DNA of 64,000 nucleotides from a virus: IMG/VR virus record IMGVR_UViG_3300035188_001035, positions 28,963 to 92,962 of that record; one strand, 5' to 3'. Shown piece by piece: positions 60,506 to 64,000 of this stretch (position 1 is its first letter; each line of letters starts with the position of its first letter). The notes under the pieces were generated by a model. It saw only the letters and a program-made list of their open reading frames with translations, ran no database searches and was not told where the DNA came from. The position numbers and the translations under genes were made by a program.

Positions 60506-60767
60506 AATGTTTATTCGATAATAGTTTACTAAAAAATTCTATATAGCTATCTTCATTATTTTTTACCATATCATGATGAGCTTTGCATAATGTTATACCA
60601 TTATTAATATCGTATCTTAAATGAGCATTAGATGCCCACTTGTTAATATGATGAACATGTAGTTTTTTACTATTAGAACAATTAGGCCACTGACAAATAC
60701 CGTGGTCTCGTTGTCTTACTTTTTGTCTCCATGCTTTGTAAAGGGGATCGCTATAATCACGCTTCAT
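60495..60767 (-). CDS. HNH endonuclease
   Basis: RDHGICQWPNC...LHVHHI...NGITLCKAHH. Confidence 0.88.
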   Translation of the reverse strand: MKRDYSDPLYKAWRQKVRQRDHGICQWPNCSNSKKLHVHHINKWASNAHLRYDINNGITLCKAHHDMVKNNEDSYIEFFSKLLSNKHYDK

Positions 60768-61581
60768 CTGAATTCTTTAATACTGCTTCTGGTGTTAATA
60801 AAGGAATGTCTAATTTACCATCCTGATAAGAATGATATTGCTGTAAAACATCTTTTGTCTTGTTAGTGGCCATATTGAGAATAACCATTTCGCGCCCTTC
60901 TTTTTCTCTTATCTCTTCGTCTTCTAGCATACGTATAAGGCCCGTCCAGCTACTTTTGCCATCTTCGATACGTTTGATTCGTTGTTCTCTTGTGGCTTTT
61001 AAGTCTTTGCTTATTTTTTGTTGTTCAGTAAGAAGTTTAGTATATTCGTTGGTATAGTTGGCCACACTATTACGGGCGAAAGTTAGTTGAGTTTCTAAAT
61101 TGATAAGTTTTTGGGTATCTCGTTGATCTTCTGGTTTGGCGTATATGTCATTAATAACTTGTTGTAATTTTTCAGTTTCGTTTATGTGGCGTTTTCGCTC
61201 TTTCATAGAACGATTAATAAGAATATCAATGGTTATAAATTGTTTGATCTGAAGTTCTTCGGCGGGTAAAACGTCTTCTCTAAATTGTTTGATAAGGTTA
61301 ATCCAAATTTCTTCAAAGTAATCTAGTTCGCCACTATCTTCGTCAAATTGTTTGGTAATTTCGTTCCAGAAACTTTTACTGTGTAATTTTGTTCGTAAAA
61401 TTTCATCACTATCATCATGTGTTAGTAACAATTTGCTTTCTGTTACATATCTTTTTATTGGTGCAGATGATCGATTTAAATTGGTGGCAATCTGGTCAAT
61501 AGTAAGAGAACCTATATTATCTCTTATGAATTTTTCTTCTTCCAGACTAAGCTGGCCTCTTTTTTTAGGAATTGATGTCAT
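60757..61581 (-). CDS. terminase small subunit candidate (HTH + coiled coil)
   Basis: N-terminal HTH (LTIDQIATNLNRS), helical body, upstream of TerL. Confidence 0.4.
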   Translation of the reverse strand: MTSIPKKRGQLSLEEEKFIRDNIGSLTIDQIATNLNRSSAPIKRYVTESKLLLTHDDSDEILRTKLHSKSFWNEITKQFDEDSGELDYFEEIWINLIKQFREDVLPAEELQIKQFITIDILINRSMKERKRHINETEKLQQVINDIYAKPEDQRDTQKLINLETQLTFARNSVANYTNEYTKLLTEQQKISKDLKATREQRIKRIEDGKSSWTGLIRMLEDEEIREKEGREMVILNMATNKTKDVLQQYHSYQDGKLDIPLLTPEAVLKNSDEA

Positions 61582-62188
61582 AATCTTTGAGTATTTGTTT
61601 AATTTCTGAGTGTAATTTTTTAATCTCTAATTTGGAAACTTTACTGCCGCCTTTTAGTTTGAGAAATATGGGGCGATTTTTAACACTAATATTAAGATCT
61701 ATAATTTTTAATAGTTCTTTATTACTTATGCTATTAAATAATTCGTTACTATTAATTTCTTTGGCATTTTCTCCTATAGTATCAATACCAATGGGCTTCA
61801 TGATATTTTTCTTAGCATCATTTCGTTTGCTCCAATTTTCATATAATGAACAGTCATTTTTATTAGAAAATTCTGAACATCCTGAAGCTAGTGAGGTATT
61901 ATAAAATGGACATGTTAAGCAGGGTTTATCTGGTCGTTGATAGTTGTCTCGTTTGTAATTAAAGAGGCGATTTCTAACATGTGTCCATAAGAAGTTTTCT
62001 AGGGGGCGACTTTTATCATAATTTTTTAATCCTTCAAGCGCAAATATGGCGGCTTGTTGTTTCATATCTTCGTGGCTGTGATATCCAAATTTAAATTTAT
62101 AGCCTAATTTTTGGCTAATTTTTTCCCAAGCTTGTAAAAATTCAGCTTCGCTCACCTTGTTCTGAATTAGTTTGGGTTTTTTCGTCAT
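61565..62188 (-). CDS. phage sigma70-family sigma factor (probable late sigma) with Cys cluster
   Basis: Region 2-like EDMKQQAAIFALEGLKNYD...LENFLWTHVRNRLFNYKRD; CLTCPFY...C...DC. Confidence 0.75.
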   Translation of the reverse strand: MTKKPKLIQNKVSEAEFLQAWEKISQKLGYKFKFGYHSHEDMKQQAAIFALEGLKNYDKSRPLENFLWTHVRNRLFNYKRDNYQRPDKPCLTCPFYNTSLASGCSEFSNKNDCSLYENWSKRNDAKKNIMKPIGIDTIGENAKEINSNELFNSISNKELLKIIDLNISVKNRPIFLKLKGGSKVSKLEIKKLHSEIKQILKDYDINS

Positions 62189-62312
62189 GTATTATTTCCT
62201 TTAGTGGTTTATCTATAGTATCGTGGAGTTCAGCTTCTGTAACTAGTTCAGTATTAGCTACTGTTTTTAAAACTGATGAAGCTACCGTGGGAAAATTATT
62301 GTTTATATTCAT
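62142..62312 (-). CDS. small hypothetical protein (56 aa), not in ORF track
   Basis: Hand translation MNINNNFPTVASSVLKTVANTELVTEAELHDTIDKPLKEIIHDEKTQTNSEQGERS; lies just downstream of GTGTAT motif. Confidence 0.4.
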   Translation of the reverse strand: MNINNNFPTVASSVLKTVANTELVTEAELHDTIDKPLKEIIHDEKTQTNSEQGERS

Positions 62313-62321
62313 AAAAGCACC

Positions 62322-62349
62322 TTGACCGGTATTTTGTTCTATTTACTAT
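62322..62349 (+). promoter_or_regulatory. sigma70-like promoter for 62393-62611
   Basis: TTGACC-16nt-TACTAT. Confidence 0.5.
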
Positions 62350-62360
62350 TATAGTAGTAG

Positions 62361-62366
62361 ATACAC
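62361..62366 (-). promoter_or_regulatory. putative late promoter GTGTAT heading the morphogenesis operon
   Basis: GTGTATCTACTACTATAAT in divergent intergenic region. Confidence 0.5.
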
Positions 62367-62392
62367 AAAAAGCAACTTTAAGGAGACACTAA

Positions 62393-62611
62393 ATGTCAAA
62401 AACATATAAAAAGTGGACAAAAGAAGAACTAGAATTTATCAGTAACAACTCTCAAAATATGAAGGATGAGGAAATTGCGGCCTACTTAAATAAGACGGAT
62501 AGTAGTCGAACAATTAGTGTGGGCATGGTTCGTAGACAAAGACGCAAGTTAAGTATTGTGAAGCCACGAGGTCGTAAGCCATCCAAGGTTAACGAATCTG
62601 CTGAAGCATGA
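62393..62611 (+). CDS. small HTH DNA-binding protein
   Basis: KWTKEELEFI...DEEIAAYLN...SVGMVRRQRRKL; AAGGAG SD. Confidence 0.7.
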   Translation: MSKTYKKWTKEELEFISNNSQNMKDEEIAAYLNKTDSSRTISVGMVRRQRRKLSIVKPRGRKPSKVNESAEA

Positions 62612-62645
62612 TAGTATAAAACTGATTAAATTTTCTAGCAACAAA

Positions 62646-62673
62646 GGGGCAGAGTTACTTCTGCTCCTTTTTT
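62646..62673 (+). terminator. Rho-independent terminator
   Basis: GGGGCAGAG-TTAC-TTCTGCTCC followed by TTTTTT. Confidence 0.8.
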
Positions 62674-62830
62674 GTTGGTTGGGGGATTATGGCTATTAAA
62701 CTGGCCAATTATATATGAGGTGCTTATTGTGTTTATACCACCGCCCCGTTTTGGGGGTGTGGCCCCTTGTAAGGGGGGAAACAAAAAAACCCCCCTATGG
62801 TGGGGGACCCGACCATCGTGGCAGGCTTTT

Positions 62831-62891
62831 GACAAAATGGCAGGACAAAATGGCAGGAACTGCAAATATGGCATAGATACCAAAATGGCAG
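62831..62891. repeat. cluster of CAAAATGGCAG repeats
   Basis: Copies at 62833, 62846, 62881 plus a variant at 62863; same motif recurs at 63812-63855. Confidence 0.85.
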
Positions 62892-62938
62892 AATGTTGAA
62901 AATCGCGGGAAAAACAGCATTTTTGATTTTTTTTGGGT

Positions 62939-62955
62939 TTGGCATGGGGTGTGCA
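62939..62955 (+). promoter_or_regulatory. sigma54-like -24/-12 promoter
   Basis: TTGGCATGGGGTGTGCA = GG-N10-GC, ~55 nt upstream of ATG 63009. Confidence 0.5.
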
Positions 62956-63008
62956 TATTATTCTGGCATCGGAAAAGGATACAAACCAGTAGAAAGAAAG
63001 GTAGAAAA

Positions 63009-63188
63009 ATGAAAATCGGTGATTTTGTTTTTGCCGAATACGATAACGGCGAAATTGTCAACGGAGAGGTGGTCAGCGTCAGAATGTTCGGTGATCGTAC
63101 CCTGCTAACTGTCAAGTGTGAGCAAGGGTATCGGTCGATCTATACCGACAAGTGCGTCACGTTTGATATTCTGGAAACCACCCCCTAA
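63009..63188 (+). CDS. small SH3/Sm-like beta-barrel hypothetical protein
   Basis: MKIGDFVFAEY...GEVVSV; purine-rich leader with AAGGT; start moved to ATG 63009. Confidence 0.7.
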   Translation: MKIGDFVFAEYDNGEIVNGEVVSVRMFGDRTLLTVKCEQGYRSIYTDKCVTFDILETTP

Positions 63189-63251
63189 CTTTGGGGGTTG
63201 AGCGTCAAAAAAACTTTGGTATCCTAGTAGAAAGCAAAGGAAAAAAGCAAA

Positions 63252-63575
63252 ATGAAAAAGTATAAGATTATTCGAGACGCGGAGAGGGTTGCCCGGTCGT
63301 GCTTCCTAGGGATTGCTATCCCTTGCGACAAGTCTACCGCGGATGGCGGTATGATCCGTTCGGAAAAGGTTCTCAAGTTCAATCGCAAGGCTTTGCGGAA
63401 TATCGGTAAGGCTAAGGCCGATAAGGTTGACCCCCGCATGTTGGGGGGTGAGGATACGATGATCGTCAAGGTTGGCCAACCCGGAAGTAAGGAAAGGGTT
63501 GAGGCTTTGCGATCACAATATGAAGCCATTGAGGCTTGCGACGAATCGGTTTCGCCGTTCGCGTGGGAAGCGTAA
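63252..63575 (+). CDS. hypothetical protein (early region)
   Basis: AAGGA purine-rich leader; 107-aa ORF with GC-richer codons. Confidence 0.7.
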   Translation: MKKYKIIRDAERVARSCFLGIAIPCDKSTADGGMIRSEKVLKFNRKALRNIGKAKADKVDPRMLGGEDTMIVKVGQPGSKERVEALRSQYEAIEACDESVSPFAWEA

Positions 63576-63624
63576 ACGTTGTAGATAGGATGTTCGAAGG
63601 GTACTTTGAAAAAAAGGAATTATC

Positions 63625-63765
63625 ATGACGATCTTGGAAAGTGACTGCTGCTACGCTCCCGTTGTCGCGGGAGACATTTGTACACGTTGCAAAGAACACT
63701 GCGAACCCGTATGGGTGGAAACGGAGGAGGATAATGGTCAACCCGGATTCATTCCGGGAACCTAA
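63625..63765 (+). CDS. small zinc-ribbon protein (46 aa), not in ORF track
   Basis: AAGGA SD; MTILESDCCYAPVVAGDICTRCKEHCEPV... SxCCxA/CxxCxEHC pattern. Confidence 0.7.
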   Translation: MTILESDCCYAPVVAGDICTRCKEHCEPVWVETEEDNGQPGFIPGT

Positions 63766-63811
63766 TCCCCCAAAGGTAGGATATACACAATCCTCCCCCT
63801 AAAGGGGGGTA

Positions 63812-63855
63812 CTGCCAAAATGGCAGATTTTGCCCGAAAACTGCCAAAATGGCAG
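63812..63855. repeat. two CTGCCA-AAA-TGGCAG palindromes
   Basis: Exact copies at 63812-63826 and 63841-63855. Confidence 0.9.
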
Positions 63856-63940
63856 GCTAGCAAATATTATACCAAAGCATGCTAAAAATTATTTTTTTGT
63901 TTGGCATGAAATTATATTTTGATTTTTTCAAAGATTTTTC

Positions 63941-63968
63941 TTGCATTGGTCGATTTACTCTGTATAAT
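63941..63968 (+). promoter_or_regulatory. sigma70-like promoter for a gene beyond the window
   Basis: TTGCAT-16nt-TATAAT followed by purine-rich leader. Confidence 0.55.
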
Positions 63969-64000
63969 GAGTGCATAAGAAAGAAAGAGAGAAAGAAAAA

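Noticed and set aside
62635-63115. Tracked ORFs across the hairpin/repeat region
   Set aside because: They overlap a terminator, hairpins and promoter motifs, and their translations mirror the DNA repeats; the region is better read as non-coding
1-64000. Stop-codon reassignment as seen in some large phages
   Set aside because: Code 11 gives dense, full-length genes, and TAA, TAG and TGA all end genes at sensible positions
1-64000. tRNA/rRNA genes, integrase, tail sheath, lysis genes; host assignment
   Set aside because: None recognised by eye (tRNAscan not run). Host cannot be determined from this window

Overview
The window is a segment of a large AT-rich tailed dsDNA phage genome (siphovirus-like: tail tube and tape measure present, no sheath gene seen). 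Left arm (+ strand, <2-14425): two GT4 glycosyltransferases with accessory genes, a homing-endonuclease-like gene, a probable ssDNA-annealing protein, two proteins ending in long (Pro-Thr-Pro-Ser)n arrays (one very Cys-rich), and four glycosylation genes led by a GT60/Gnt1-type polypeptide GlcNAc-transferase. Middle (- strand, 62312 to 14431): a near-complete morphogenesis operon (sigma factor, TerS candidate, HNH, ERCC4 nuclease, TerL, portal, protease/scaffold, decoration, major capsid, neck, two tail tubes, two chaperones, 4202-aa tape measure, tail tip and fibres). It ends in a third PTPS protein and four more glycan-enzyme genes converging on the first set. Right end: a GC-richer, early-type region with C-run/G-run hairpins, CTGCCA-AAA-TGGCAG palindromes, sigma54- and sigma70-like promoters and small ORFs. 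The two best candidates for undescribed systems are (1) a phage-encoded mucin-type O-glycosylation module (PTPS substrates plus initiating and elongating GTs) and (2) a tape measure protein built as a polyvalent cargo carrier, with HAD-, HExxH-, GNAT-, nuclease- and ART-like domains set between repeated FAxGG / DTVPAMLTPGEFVV motifs. All family calls come from visual motif recognition; no database searches were run.
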